Positions 34,280-46,339 of a stretch of 60,487 nucleotides of DNA are shown here, piece by piece. A program made the position numbers and the translations under genes. Source of the stretch: an uncultured Alcanivoracaceae bacterium (GTDB lineage: Bacteria; Pseudomonadota; Gammaproteobacteria; Xanthomonadales; Marinicellaceae); the NCBI GenBank assembly GCA_947311585.1, contig CAMZLQ010000038.1, positions 1 through 60,487 of the forward strand, in the 5' to 3' direction. Position 1 is the first letter of the stretch. Every line of letters starts with the position of its first letter. The notes under the pieces were generated by a model, which was given only the letters and a program-made list of their open reading frames with translations, did not search any database and was not told the DNA's origin.

Positions 34280-35266
34280 TCAATAAAAAACATCATTGTA
34301 TTCAAAATAATACTCTAAGGTATTCTCTTCATCTCCCCAGTTATAATTCAAATCGGCTTCCAAAGTGGTATTGCGGTAAACTGGCAGAATATTTAAATCT
34401 TCAAAGGAACGGTTAATATTATCGATAAAACCCTCTACGACTTGTTCTTTTAAAAATTCAAAAAAATTGCCACATTTTTCTTTACTTTCGAGCTTATTGA
34501 CATCAATTGGAAAATAACCCCCTTCGGTCATAATGGTATAATCAATCATAGGCTCACCACAAAACTCTGCTGTTTGGTTATGAAATACATAATAAACATC
34601 AAAATCATGAAAAAAAGCATGATTTTTCTCAACACCTGTATGTTTGTTGACGTACTGACTTGGGTAGTCGTAATCTTTCAGGTACACATCGGCAATGGAT
34701 TTTTGTTTATTTAATGGGATAAAGGTGTCAATATTCTGCGGATAACCGTATTGAGTTATCATTTTTACGTAATCTTTTGGTAAGGTTACTGAATGCTCTG
34801 CAGAGTATTTTTCAACGGCTTGTTTGCTCTCTTTATGCGCAAATATTAACGGCTTTAATTGCTTGCTTTTGGGCAATTCTTTATTAATTGCCTTTATCCC
34901 AGCATCATAATACTCAAACAACTTACCCATGTTTTTCGCTTCATTGAGCTTTTCAAATTCTGAGTAATAATTAATAATTATGCCCTCTCCTACCCCTTGA
35001 TAAAGGTCTTTTTCATCTTCCAGCTTTAAATTTCCTTTAATCTTATACTTATACACTTTTTTAATCGGTTGAAAACGGCATTTATCTTCGGCTTTAATTA
35101 AACCAAAAAAGCCACTTTTTGCATCCAACTTGCAAATGACTTTACCATCTATGCTAATTGTGACGTGTTCTTCAAGTTGCTGGTCACTTAATTGAGTTTT
35201 GAATTGTATATCATTGGCAGCAAAACTTGTTTGTGCCGCTATTAAGAGCAAAATATATTTTTTCAT
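34280..35266 (-). CDS. secreted hypothetical protein with SMI1/KNR4 (SUKH)-like central motif
   Basis: Start at MKKYILLLIAAQTSFA (ATG 35266, signal peptide) preferred over 35287. The motif VEKYSAEHSVTLPKDYVKMITQYGYP resembles the SUKH N-terminal signature. It lies 2 nt after the WD40 gene's stop. Confidence 0.5.
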   Translation of the reverse strand: MKKYILLLIAAQTSFAANDIQFKTQLSDQQLEEHVTISIDGKVICKLDAKSGFFGLIKAEDKCRFQPIKKVYKYKIKGNLKLEDEKDLYQGVGEGIIINYYSEFEKLNEAKNMGKLFEYYDAGIKAINKELPKSKQLKPLIFAHKESKQAVEKYSAEHSVTLPKDYVKMITQYGYPQNIDTFIPLNKQKSIADVYLKDYDYPSQYVNKHTGVEKNHAFFHDFDVYYVFHNQTAEFCGEPMIDYTIMTEGGYFPIDVNKLESKEKCGNFFEFLKEQVVEGFIDNINRSFEDLNILPVYRNTTLEADLNYNWGDEENTLEYYFEYNDVFY

Positions 35267-35268
35267 GT

Positions 35269-37266
35269 TCAATTTAACTCCTGGCAACTTTCATCATAGA
35301 CGTGTACCTTGCCTTCATCACCACCAACATAAATTCGATGTTTAGTGGCATCGTAAGCCATTGCCCACAAACCCTCCTGCGCTTGACCACATTCTTTTAT
35401 TTGATTTGTTTTAAGATTCCAAATAATGGTATTGTAATCCGTTAGGGCAATGATATTTTCACCATTGACTGTTGTGGCTAATCGACCAACACCTGTTTGC
35501 TCTGATGACTTGATTTTTTTATAGTCTTTGTTAAGTAAAATCAAGTCACCCTCGTATTGACCAACCGCAATATATTTAATTTGATTGTTCTCAACATAAG
35601 CCTGTAGAGCGGTTGCACCAGTATCCCATATCTTTTTAAATTTTTCTGTGGCAACATTTAATTCAAAAACAGACTCTAAGGTGCCAACCAACAACTTATT
35701 TTTATTTAGCCACTGCAAAGAAAAAGTGCCTTCACTGTATTCGTCTTTATTAAAGAACTCTATGTGTTTGATGGTTTTCTTTGCCTTAACATCAACAATA
35801 TAAACACTGCCATCATCTGATCCAACAGCAAGCAAACTATCGTCATCTGAAAACTTAACAATTCTAAAGCCACTGGGAACACCTCCAATATCCAGTTGTA
35901 CATATAAACTGCCATCGACAGTATTATAAATGAGCAGATGTTCACCATGGTAAGCAAATGCTGCCAAACTACCGTCATGAGAATAACGCGCATCATAGCC
36001 TGTACTGAAATTGTTTTGGAATATTTTATCGAGCTGCCCTTTATCATCCAAAGCTATAGTACGATTGTCACTGCCCGTACCGGTGAGGATTATATTGCCT
36101 TTTCCATCCGCATCTATGCCATTTATACTGCCTTCAAAACGATAGGCACTAAATTCTGCACGGAATATATCCTGCATGCTTTTATCTGTCTGCGAACCTG
36201 TTTTAGTCAATAAATGTTTAAGTTTCTTACTTTTAATGTCCCAAATTTCAAGGGGATAAGAAGAATTGAGGAATAGACTTTGGTTGTCAATAAATTCCAT
36301 AGAGAAGGTTTGCTTGCTCATCGGTTCAATTTGCCATTGTTTTTTATAATTTTCAGTATCAAAAATCACCACCACACTGGTATCAGAATCTAACCAAACT
36401 GATAGAGCCACTATTTTTCCATCAGGAGAAAAAGCAATGGCACTAACCTCATCAACATCTAATCCTTTTACCTCAAAAGACTTAAGTAATTTTTGTGTTC
36501 TATAATCCCAAATTTCGACTTTGTTTGCACCCGTCATCCACAATTCATCATCCTTAATTGGGTTAATTAAGGACTCATCCACATCGAGTTGCGTGTCAAT
36601 AAATCCAATTTTTTTATTGTTTTTAACATCCCACACATGGAAAGAAGAAAAATCCCGGATCACTACGATGGAGCCATCTTTGTTAAAGTAAATCTCATCA
36701 TCATAGGAATCCTCAGGGATTTCAATCATCTTTTTATTAGAAGCTAAATCAACCACAATAACTGCATCACCTTCTACATTGGGTGAATACATGCGTTGAC
36801 CAGCTAAATATTTTTTGTCATGTGAGAGTTGGATGCGTGCATTAATTGCATACTCACTTTTTTTCTTTTTCAAGTTAGAGTCGTATATCGCTAAAGGAGC
36901 TTCATCGATTGCCACAACCAAATACTTATCATCTGCTGAATAAATGGCATGCATTACCGTTTCACCCATGTTTTTCTTCTTTATGATTTTACCAGTTTCT
37001 ACGTCCCAAATAATGGCATAGTCACCCCAATCACCTGAAATCAAACGACTGCCATTCTTATTAAACTGCACTGTTCGGATGCTGTTCTCGTGTGCTTGAA
37101 GCTCATGTAATAATTGCCCGCTGGTCAAATCGTATAAACGAATAACCGAATCGTCATAAGCAAGTGCCAGTGTTGTTTTGTCTTGAGATATTGAATAAGT
37201 TTCCACAGAAAGAGCCTTTATAATTGTTGAATAAAGAAGAATAATTAAAACAAGTATATTTTTCAT
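35269..37266 (-). CDS. secreted WD40-repeat protein (probably two beta-propellers)
   Basis: Start at MKNILVLIILLYSTIIKALS (ATG 37266, signal peptide) preferred over 37386, which would overlap the epmB start. Repeated WD-like strands: IRLYDLTSGQ, AIIWDVETGK, FHVWDVKNNK, VEIWDYRTQK, LEIWDIKSKK, TIIWNLKTNQ. Confidence 0.75.
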   Translation of the reverse strand: MKNILVLIILLYSTIIKALSVETYSISQDKTTLALAYDDSVIRLYDLTSGQLLHELQAHENSIRTVQFNKNGSRLISGDWGDYAIIWDVETGKIIKKKNMGETVMHAIYSADDKYLVVAIDEAPLAIYDSNLKKKKSEYAINARIQLSHDKKYLAGQRMYSPNVEGDAVIVVDLASNKKMIEIPEDSYDDEIYFNKDGSIVVIRDFSSFHVWDVKNNKKIGFIDTQLDVDESLINPIKDDELWMTGANKVEIWDYRTQKLLKSFEVKGLDVDEVSAIAFSPDGKIVALSVWLDSDTSVVVIFDTENYKKQWQIEPMSKQTFSMEFIDNQSLFLNSSYPLEIWDIKSKKLKHLLTKTGSQTDKSMQDIFRAEFSAYRFEGSINGIDADGKGNIILTGTGSDNRTIALDDKGQLDKIFQNNFSTGYDARYSHDGSLAAFAYHGEHLLIYNTVDGSLYVQLDIGGVPSGFRIVKFSDDDSLLAVGSDDGSVYIVDVKAKKTIKHIEFFNKDEYSEGTFSLQWLNKNKLLVGTLESVFELNVATEKFKKIWDTGATALQAYVENNQIKYIAVGQYEGDLILLNKDYKKIKSSEQTGVGRLATTVNGENIIALTDYNTIIWNLKTNQIKECGQAQEGLWAMAYDATKHRIYVGGDEGKVHVYDESCQELN

Positions 37267-37347
37267 TGATGGTATGTTAATTAAAAATACAGGATTATAA
37301 ATTAAAAAATGGTAAAATTTGCCATTAGTTTTAATAATTAACAATTC

Positions 37348-38307
37348 ATGACAAAAAAAACTTGGCGCCAACACAGTAAAAACCACTCAAAGACTGAAGA
37401 TTTTTCCACACAAGAGTGTTATTCTCCGAAAAGTGAAGATTTATTTCGACTTCACATTCCTATTTACTTTAAAAATAATATTGATTTTTCCAACTCCTGC
37501 GATCCTTTATTGATGCAAGTCATGCCAAATCAATTTGAGCTTCTCAAGACAGATAATTTTTCAAATGATCCTGTCGGCGATTTACACGCTAAAAAAACCA
37601 AAGGTGTTATTCACAAGTACCAAGGGCGAGTGCTACTAATTGCCTCAGGTACGTGTGCAATTAATTGCCGCTATTGCTTTCGACGTAGTTTTCCTTACTC
37701 GAAAAACAATGCCTCGGCTCAAAATTGGAAAAATGCAATAGATTACCTCAATAATAATCCAGATGTTCATGAAGTAATTTTAAGTGGTGGCGATCCCTTG
37801 ATGCTTTCAACAAAAGTTTTAAACAATTTAACAACTCAGCTTCACACTATACCTCATATTAAAACTTTACGCATTCACACGCGAACACCTTTAGTTTCTC
37901 CGACACGAATAACAGAAAATTTTCTCAATTGGTTAAAAGACGTTAGCCTTAAGAAAGTTATGGTTTTACACAGTAATCATGCGCAAGAACTGCGAGATGA
38001 TTTAAAACCAGTCTTAGATAGAATTTCACAAACACAAACACTTTTATTAAATCAAAGTGTCTTGTTAAAAGGCATTAACGATAACAGCACAGTTCTTGCC
38101 AATCTTTCTCATCGTTTATTTGAGTTTGGCATTCTCCCCTATTACTTAAATCAACTAGATAAAGTCCAGGGCGCTGCGCATTTTCAAGTGTCAAATAAAC
38201 AAGCCAAACTCTTACACAAAGAACTTCTTGCAGCACTTCCTGGTTATCTTGTACCGAAATTAGTTGAAGAAATACCAGGTAAAAACAATAAATCTCCACT
38301 AAATTAA
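37348..38307 (+). CDS. epmB: EF-P beta-lysylation protein EpmB (lysine 2,3-aminomutase-like radical SAM enzyme)
   Basis: 319 aa. Radical-SAM CAINCRYCFRR. Collinear with E. coli EpmB (HKYQGRVLL, ILSGGDPL, LLNQSVLLKGINDN, LDKVQGAAHF, GYLVPKL). Confidence 0.9.
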   Translation: MTKKTWRQHSKNHSKTEDFSTQECYSPKSEDLFRLHIPIYFKNNIDFSNSCDPLLMQVMPNQFELLKTDNFSNDPVGDLHAKKTKGVIHKYQGRVLLIASGTCAINCRYCFRRSFPYSKNNASAQNWKNAIDYLNNNPDVHEVILSGGDPLMLSTKVLNNLTTQLHTIPHIKTLRIHTRTPLVSPTRITENFLNWLKDVSLKKVMVLHSNHAQELRDDLKPVLDRISQTQTLLLNQSVLLKGINDNSTVLANLSHRLFEFGILPYYLNQLDKVQGAAHFQVSNKQAKLLHKELLAALPGYLVPKLVEEIPGKNNKSPLN

Positions 38308-38354
38308 TATATTCTGTTAAAATTTCAGTTTTCATAAATCACTAGAGAAATAAA

Positions 38355-40412
38355 TTGGCAAAAGAGCAAACTATTCACCTTATGATTGTGCATCAGCACG
38401 AAGAAGATGCCGAACGTATTTTATCTATTCTTCGAAATGCACAAATCTCGGTTCGTCCAAGTCTCTGTATAAATGAAGCGAACCTAATTGAAAAAGTGTC
38501 AAAAAGCAAATTAGACATGATTTTGGTTCAACACATGCAATCCGATTTGCCCATTTCAAATGTAAACCAAATAGTAAAAAGATCAGGTAAAGATATTCCT
38601 GTTATTGCGTTATTGGAAACTCTTGATAACGACTCCGTTTCTGAAGCATTAGAAAGCGGTGCTACAAACATTTGCACAGGCAATATCAAAGAACAACTAT
38701 GCAATGAAATTGTCACTGTATTTGACAACTTGAGAGCTCGTCGAAAACTTCGCCAATACGAATCGGATTTAAATGATGCTGAAAAACGCTGTGCATCTTT
38801 ATTAGACAGCTCTAAAGATGCAATTGCTTATATTCATGATGGCATGCATGTCTATACGAACAATGCCTACTTAGAATTTTTTGAATACGATGATGCAGAG
38901 GAGTTAGAAGTCACTCCTTTCTTAAATTTAGTGACTAAAGAACAAGTCGCTGAAACTAAAAAACTTCTCAGAGATATTGCTGTTGGCAAACTTCCTGATG
39001 ATGACATTAATATGGAACTAAAAACAGACAAAGGCAATGTCCTTAAGGCTATCGTTAGTTTGGATAAAGCACGAGTTGACGGTGAGCCTTGTGTACAATT
39101 TTTAGTTCAACGTCCCAAAGTCAACCTCGCTGCCGAAAAAGAATTACAGGACATCAAAAGTAAAGATTTATTAACAGGCTTTTATAACCGCAGTTATTTC
39201 ACTCAAGATTTAAGTGACAAGGTCAATGAGGTCAAGTCAGGCAAGTCATCTGGGTATTCAATCATGTATATTCAATTGGACAATGATAAAATATTAGAAA
39301 AAGAGTTAGGCAAAGGCAATCTTGATTTATTAGTTGCAGATATGGCTCCATTTATACAAGAAACGCTAGGAACCAACCATGTTTATTCTCGCTATGATGA
39401 CACGATTTTCATTGTTTCTCTTAAGGGGGAAATCGAACAAGCCACTCAATTAGCCCAACACTTAACTTCAAAAATATCAGATAACCTCTTTAATGCAGGA
39501 GAAAAAACTTTAAGCTGCACCATTAGCATTGGATTAACCCAAATCATTGAAAAAACCTCTTCAGCTAATGAAGTCATAAAAATATTAGGCAACCAAATTT
39601 CCAAAGCCACTGAAAAAGGAGGAAACCAAGTCTCGATTTTTGATCCTGCTGAAGAAGAAAAGAAGGCACGAGCAGCGAATCAAAAATGGATTGACTTAAT
39701 TTCAAATGGCATTAAGAACAATCATTTTATTCTTCATTACCAACCAGTTATCAGCCTTCACGGCGATGAAACAGAACATTATGATTGCCTAATCCGCCTG
39801 AAGGAAGGAGACAAGCTTATTATGCCTGTTGAGTTTATTGGAATTGCTAAGAGGCATGGATTAATAATAGACATTGATAAATGTGTTATTAAAAATGCAA
39901 TAATGGCCATTAAAGATAGCACAAAAAAAGTGGCCTTATTGGTAAAAATCTCAACAGAAACCCTTTCCAACGCATCCTTTCCTGTATGGCTTGCCAAAAC
40001 ATTAAAAGAGTACGGAGTTTCGGGTGAGTATTTAATATTGGAAACACCTGAAAGCGAACTGGTTAGTGACTCCAAACACATAAAGCCTGTTATCAACTCA
40101 GTAAAAGGCCTTAATTGTAAGTTTGCAATTGAAAAATTTGGTTCTGGATTGAACTCTTTTGCTATACTTAAACATTACCCAATTGACTTCATTAAAATTG
40201 ATTCAACTTTCATGGAAGACTTTTCTAAAAACGAAGAAAATCAAGAAAAAGTCAAAGAGATTATTGATAATGCCCATGCACAAAATAAAATGGTTATTTG
40301 TGAATTTGTTGAAGATGCCGCTGCCATGAGTATCCTATGGAAATTTTCAGCAAACTATGTGCAAGGTAATTTCCTAGCACCGGCTTCCGAGAAAATGTCA
40401 CAAGAATCTTAA
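38355..40412 (+). CDS. FimX-like c-di-GMP protein: pseudo-receiver - PAS - degenerate GGDEF - degenerate EAL
   Basis: 685 aa, TTG start. The receiver phospho-Asp position is Gln (LDMILVQH). GGDEF is replaced by DDTIF (39396-39410). EAL is replaced by DCL (39783-39791). DDFG is replaced by EKFG (40131-40142). KIDSTF and QGNF are retained. Confidence 0.85.
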   Translation: MAKEQTIHLMIVHQHEEDAERILSILRNAQISVRPSLCINEANLIEKVSKSKLDMILVQHMQSDLPISNVNQIVKRSGKDIPVIALLETLDNDSVSEALESGATNICTGNIKEQLCNEIVTVFDNLRARRKLRQYESDLNDAEKRCASLLDSSKDAIAYIHDGMHVYTNNAYLEFFEYDDAEELEVTPFLNLVTKEQVAETKKLLRDIAVGKLPDDDINMELKTDKGNVLKAIVSLDKARVDGEPCVQFLVQRPKVNLAAEKELQDIKSKDLLTGFYNRSYFTQDLSDKVNEVKSGKSSGYSIMYIQLDNDKILEKELGKGNLDLLVADMAPFIQETLGTNHVYSRYDDTIFIVSLKGEIEQATQLAQHLTSKISDNLFNAGEKTLSCTISIGLTQIIEKTSSANEVIKILGNQISKATEKGGNQVSIFDPAEEEKKARAANQKWIDLISNGIKNNHFILHYQPVISLHGDETEHYDCLIRLKEGDKLIMPVEFIGIAKRHGLIIDIDKCVIKNAIMAIKDSTKKVALLVKISTETLSNASFPVWLAKTLKEYGVSGEYLILETPESELVSDSKHIKPVINSVKGLNCKFAIEKFGSGLNSFAILKHYPIDFIKIDSTFMEDFSKNEENQEKVKEIIDNAHAQNKMVICEFVEDAAAMSILWKFSANYVQGNFLAPASEKMSQES

Positions 40413-40415
40413 GTT

Positions 40416-41294
40416 TTGTTGGAAAAACCATACATAGGTCGATTTGCGCCTACCCCAACCGGCAAATTGCATAGGGGTTCACTCGTCGCAGCACTTGCCA
40501 GTTATTGTGAAGCAAAAAAAAACAATGGGCAATGGTTATTGCGAATTGAGGATTTAGACCCTCCTCGTGAAGTAAAAGGTGCCAGTCAAAGTTTTATCGA
40601 CACGTTGACTAAACTTGGTTTCCAATTGAATCAAAAAGCCATTTATCAATCAAATAAAACAAGACAACATGCCTACCAAAAAGCCCTTAATCAACTAATC
40701 CAAGAGGGTCACACTTATTATTGCTCTTGTTCAAGAAGCGAACTTAAAAACACGAATATTAAAGACCATAAATGCAGAAATAAGAAAAGCACACCTCAAA
40801 AGCCCTATAGCATTAACTTAAAAGCTTCTGATTGCATTATTAAATTTAAAGATAGAATTCAAGGAAATTACATTAAAAACTTATTAAACGATTGTGGAGA
40901 TTGTGTTTTACAACGCAAAGATGGGTTGTTTTCATACCAACTTGCCGTTGTGGTTGATGACTCTTTTCAAAAGGTTACTGATATTGTTCGAGGAATTGAT
41001 TTGATTGATTCAACACCCTGGCAAATATACCTCAACAGCTTACTGAATTACCCGCAACCCAGTTATGCTCACATCCCAATACTTGTCAATAAAACAGGTC
41101 AGAAACTCAGCAAACAAACTTTTGCAAAGGAAATTGATACTGAAAAACCATTAGAAATTTTAGTCAATGCTTACAATCTACTTTTACAAAATTCGTTCAT
41201 AACAACGCCAAAAACATTGCATGAGTTTTGGAATAAGGCAATTAGCCAATGGAATATCAATAAATTAGACAATATTCAATCCATTCAAGTATAA
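40416..41294 (+). CDS. gluQ: tRNA glutamyl-Q(34) synthetase GluQRS
   Basis: 292 aa truncated GluRS paralogue. GRFAPTPTGKLHRGSL (HIGH-type) and GQKLSKQ (KMSKS-type). Cys cluster YYCSCSRSEL. Confidence 0.9.
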   Translation: MLEKPYIGRFAPTPTGKLHRGSLVAALASYCEAKKNNGQWLLRIEDLDPPREVKGASQSFIDTLTKLGFQLNQKAIYQSNKTRQHAYQKALNQLIQEGHTYYCSCSRSELKNTNIKDHKCRNKKSTPQKPYSINLKASDCIIKFKDRIQGNYIKNLLNDCGDCVLQRKDGLFSYQLAVVVDDSFQKVTDIVRGIDLIDSTPWQIYLNSLLNYPQPSYAHIPILVNKTGQKLSKQTFAKEIDTEKPLEILVNAYNLLLQNSFITTPKTLHEFWNKAISQWNINKLDNIQSIQV

Positions 41295-41314
41295 TTAACT
41301 CAACTCCATATTAA

Positions 41315-43805
<2,491 letters not shown>

Positions 43806-43812
43806 GCCGAAT

Positions 43813-46242
43813 TTATTTGTCCTGTTTCTTTTTTGGTTCGGCTAGGGTTTCTTCATTTTCAGAAATAAATGGTACATGATTAGGAGATTTAATGTTTAAA
43901 TCGCGTTGCGGGAATGGTATCTCAATTCCTGCCTCTTTAAAGGCTTTAAATAATTTAAAATAATAATCACTGCGAATCGCATAAGGGCGATACCTGTCAT
44001 AGATAAATACCCACACACGTAAAACAAAATCCAAAGAACTGTCACCAAAACCTGTAAACAGAACAGCAGATTTTTGACTTTCTCGATTAATGGTGTGTTT
44101 AACCTTGTTAGCAACTTCCAATGTAATTTCTTTAACTTGTTCTGGATCGCTATCATAAGAAACACCAAAAGGAATCTCGATGCGCAAATAATTATCATCA
44201 AAAGTCATGGATGTCACGCGGTTTGCAATCAATTCAGAGTTCGGGACAATAATATCATAGCCACCATTGGTACGAATAACGGTATAGCGCATAGCCAGTT
44301 TTATGACTTTTCCATTAACCCCATCATTTAAAGAAATAGAATCCCCTACGGTCAAGGTTCTATCAACCAATAAAATCATACCGCTGATAAAATTGTTGGC
44401 AATATTCTGTAAGCCAAAACCAATACCAACACCAAGGGCACCAAAAACAATCATCATTTGCCCGAGATTAAATCCAGCGGCTGAAAGAGCTGCCAAAAAG
44501 ACCAAAAAACCACCCAAATAATAAATCAATGTTGATATTGAGTGTGATGCACCTTCTGATAACTTTGTACGCTTTGCTAAAAAGACAGTCAACCATTTAC
44601 GAAACAAGCGTAAAAGGATAAAACCTAAAATAATGTACAACAAGACTTTAAAAAGAATGGCAAGGGTAAAAGCCGTATCTCCAAATGAAGCCAGTGGGTA
44701 GTAAACCACCTTTTTCACTTTTTCAAACTGAGCTTTAAACTTATCTCCAAACCACTGCCCAATTTGATCCAACTTATTGAGTTGTTGCGATAACAGGGCT
44801 AAGATTCGTTCATTTTTTTCTGTGCTGACGGCAATAAAATCATTGTTGTTCGTTAATTCCAAAGACAAACGCTGTATGGTTTTTTGGTTTTTTTCTAATT
44901 GCTTGACAAGTTGTTTTTTTGCTTTTGTGATTCTACTGGTGTTATTTTTTGGGAATAAATCGTGTTGCAACAAACGGCTAACTTCTAAAGAAGAACGACC
45001 AAGTGACTCTAATAATTGTCTGTTCTCTACGGTAAGGTTTTTTTGTTCAGTTAGTTTGTTTTGCCAACTAAGTACCATTTTTTTAAAGGCTGCAGGTCGT
45101 GATTTCTTGTTAAGATAGGCACTTACCCAATCGGCCTGAAATTCATAATTAGCCAAATGCAACTGCTGATTTTGTTCTTTTTGCTGCAATAAATTTTTTA
45201 TAAAATAGACGTATTGAATTTTATTTAAATTCAGGAGCTTTTGCAGTTGCAATAAAACCTGTGAAGGACTGTCTTGCTCACTGCTTTTTAATTTAACTTT
45301 GATGTTATCAAGAGCCAATTCCGCTTCAAGTGATTTTTTATCAAATTCTTTGTTGAGTTTTTCGTGTTCTTTGAGTAATTTCTTTAAGTCTTCTTTGGCA
45401 TTGCTAACTTTTTGTTGCACCTCATCAAGGCTGTCCTTATTGATTTCCAGCTTTTCCAGCACCAACGGCAACTGCTTCTCTTTAGCAGCAAGCTCATCCT
45501 CTATATAGTCTAATTGCTTTTTGTTTTTATTTTTCTTCAAATGCAATATGGCATAATCAGCTTGGTAAAGATAAATTATTCTTAACAGTTCAGACACTTC
45601 AAAAGTCTGTTCTTTATCTTTAATGACGATGGTATACTTAACAATAAGGTCATCGAGTATACCCTTGAGGTTTTTAAGTCTTTGGTTATTTTGCTTGGCA
45701 AAATCTTTGGTAGTTTTTTGTAAATGGTGTAATTCTTGAATGGTATTATTAAGCCTATCCAATGACTCAATGGTATAAGGCTCTTCAATTTTTAAATCAA
45801 CTCGAGTAATAGCCTTATTTTCAATCTCTTGCAATAAACTCACGTGCTTAAAGTGCACGTCTTTAAAATTATTAATTAACTCAATGATAGCGTCTTGTTT
45901 TTGTTGCAAACTCGCAATGTTTTTATTTATTTCTTGATTACTTAAATTATCAAGCACTGCATTATTTTCATCTCGTTCCAACTGCTTTTTTGCCACTTCA
46001 ATCTGGACAAATACATCATTTTTTTGTTTCTCTAGTTGTTTAATCAACTGATCTATCAAATTTTTTCTTTGCTCTATTTTGCTTCTGATTTGCTCAATAG
46101 TGCCTTCATAAAGTTCGGCATTAGTTACCGCTGTAATAACAGGAAACTCAGGTGAAACTGTTTTTTCTTCCGTGTTTTCAGGTTGCGCAAAGACACCTGA
46201 ACACAGAAGAGATAAAAGAAAATAAGTGAATAATTTTTGCAT
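43813..46242 (-). CDS. mechanosensitive ion channel (MscS family, MscK-like long coiled-coil periplasmic N-terminus)
   Basis: 809 aa with a signal peptide and a ~500-aa coiled-coil region. TM helices and MscS pore helix GALGVGIGFGLQNIANNFISGMILLVDR, followed by a beta domain. Confidence 0.85.
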   Translation of the reverse strand: MQKLFTYFLLSLLCSGVFAQPENTEEKTVSPEFPVITAVTNAELYEGTIEQIRSKIEQRKNLIDQLIKQLEKQKNDVFVQIEVAKKQLERDENNAVLDNLSNQEINKNIASLQQKQDAIIELINNFKDVHFKHVSLLQEIENKAITRVDLKIEEPYTIESLDRLNNTIQELHHLQKTTKDFAKQNNQRLKNLKGILDDLIVKYTIVIKDKEQTFEVSELLRIIYLYQADYAILHLKKNKNKKQLDYIEDELAAKEKQLPLVLEKLEINKDSLDEVQQKVSNAKEDLKKLLKEHEKLNKEFDKKSLEAELALDNIKVKLKSSEQDSPSQVLLQLQKLLNLNKIQYVYFIKNLLQQKEQNQQLHLANYEFQADWVSAYLNKKSRPAAFKKMVLSWQNKLTEQKNLTVENRQLLESLGRSSLEVSRLLQHDLFPKNNTSRITKAKKQLVKQLEKNQKTIQRLSLELTNNNDFIAVSTEKNERILALLSQQLNKLDQIGQWFGDKFKAQFEKVKKVVYYPLASFGDTAFTLAILFKVLLYIILGFILLRLFRKWLTVFLAKRTKLSEGASHSISTLIYYLGGFLVFLAALSAAGFNLGQMMIVFGALGVGIGFGLQNIANNFISGMILLVDRTLTVGDSISLNDGVNGKVIKLAMRYTVIRTNGGYDIIVPNSELIANRVTSMTFDDNYLRIEIPFGVSYDSDPEQVKEITLEVANKVKHTINRESQKSAVLFTGFGDSSLDFVLRVWVFIYDRYRPYAIRSDYYFKLFKAFKEAGIEIPFPQRDLNIKSPNHVPFISENEETLAEPKKKQDK

Positions 46243-46339
46243 GGCTTTATTCTACGACTTGAGTTAATTTTACTCAAGGGATTATTAACCATCTGTAATA
46301 ATGTATAATGCTTTGCTCATTGATTATTCAGAGGATGGT

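Noticed and set aside
46258-46278. 7-bp inverted repeat CTTGAGT-N7-ACTCAAG between the MscS-type and GntP genes, considered as an operator.
   Set aside because: It is short enough to arise by chance, there is no adjacent regulator gene, and there is no second copy. Not supportable as a feature.
46291-46316. dif-like sequence (ATAATGTATA core) upstream of the GntP gene.
   Set aside because: Only the central 10 nt resemble the E. coli dif core. The XerC and XerD arms do not match. The TATAAT is better read as the gntP -10 element.
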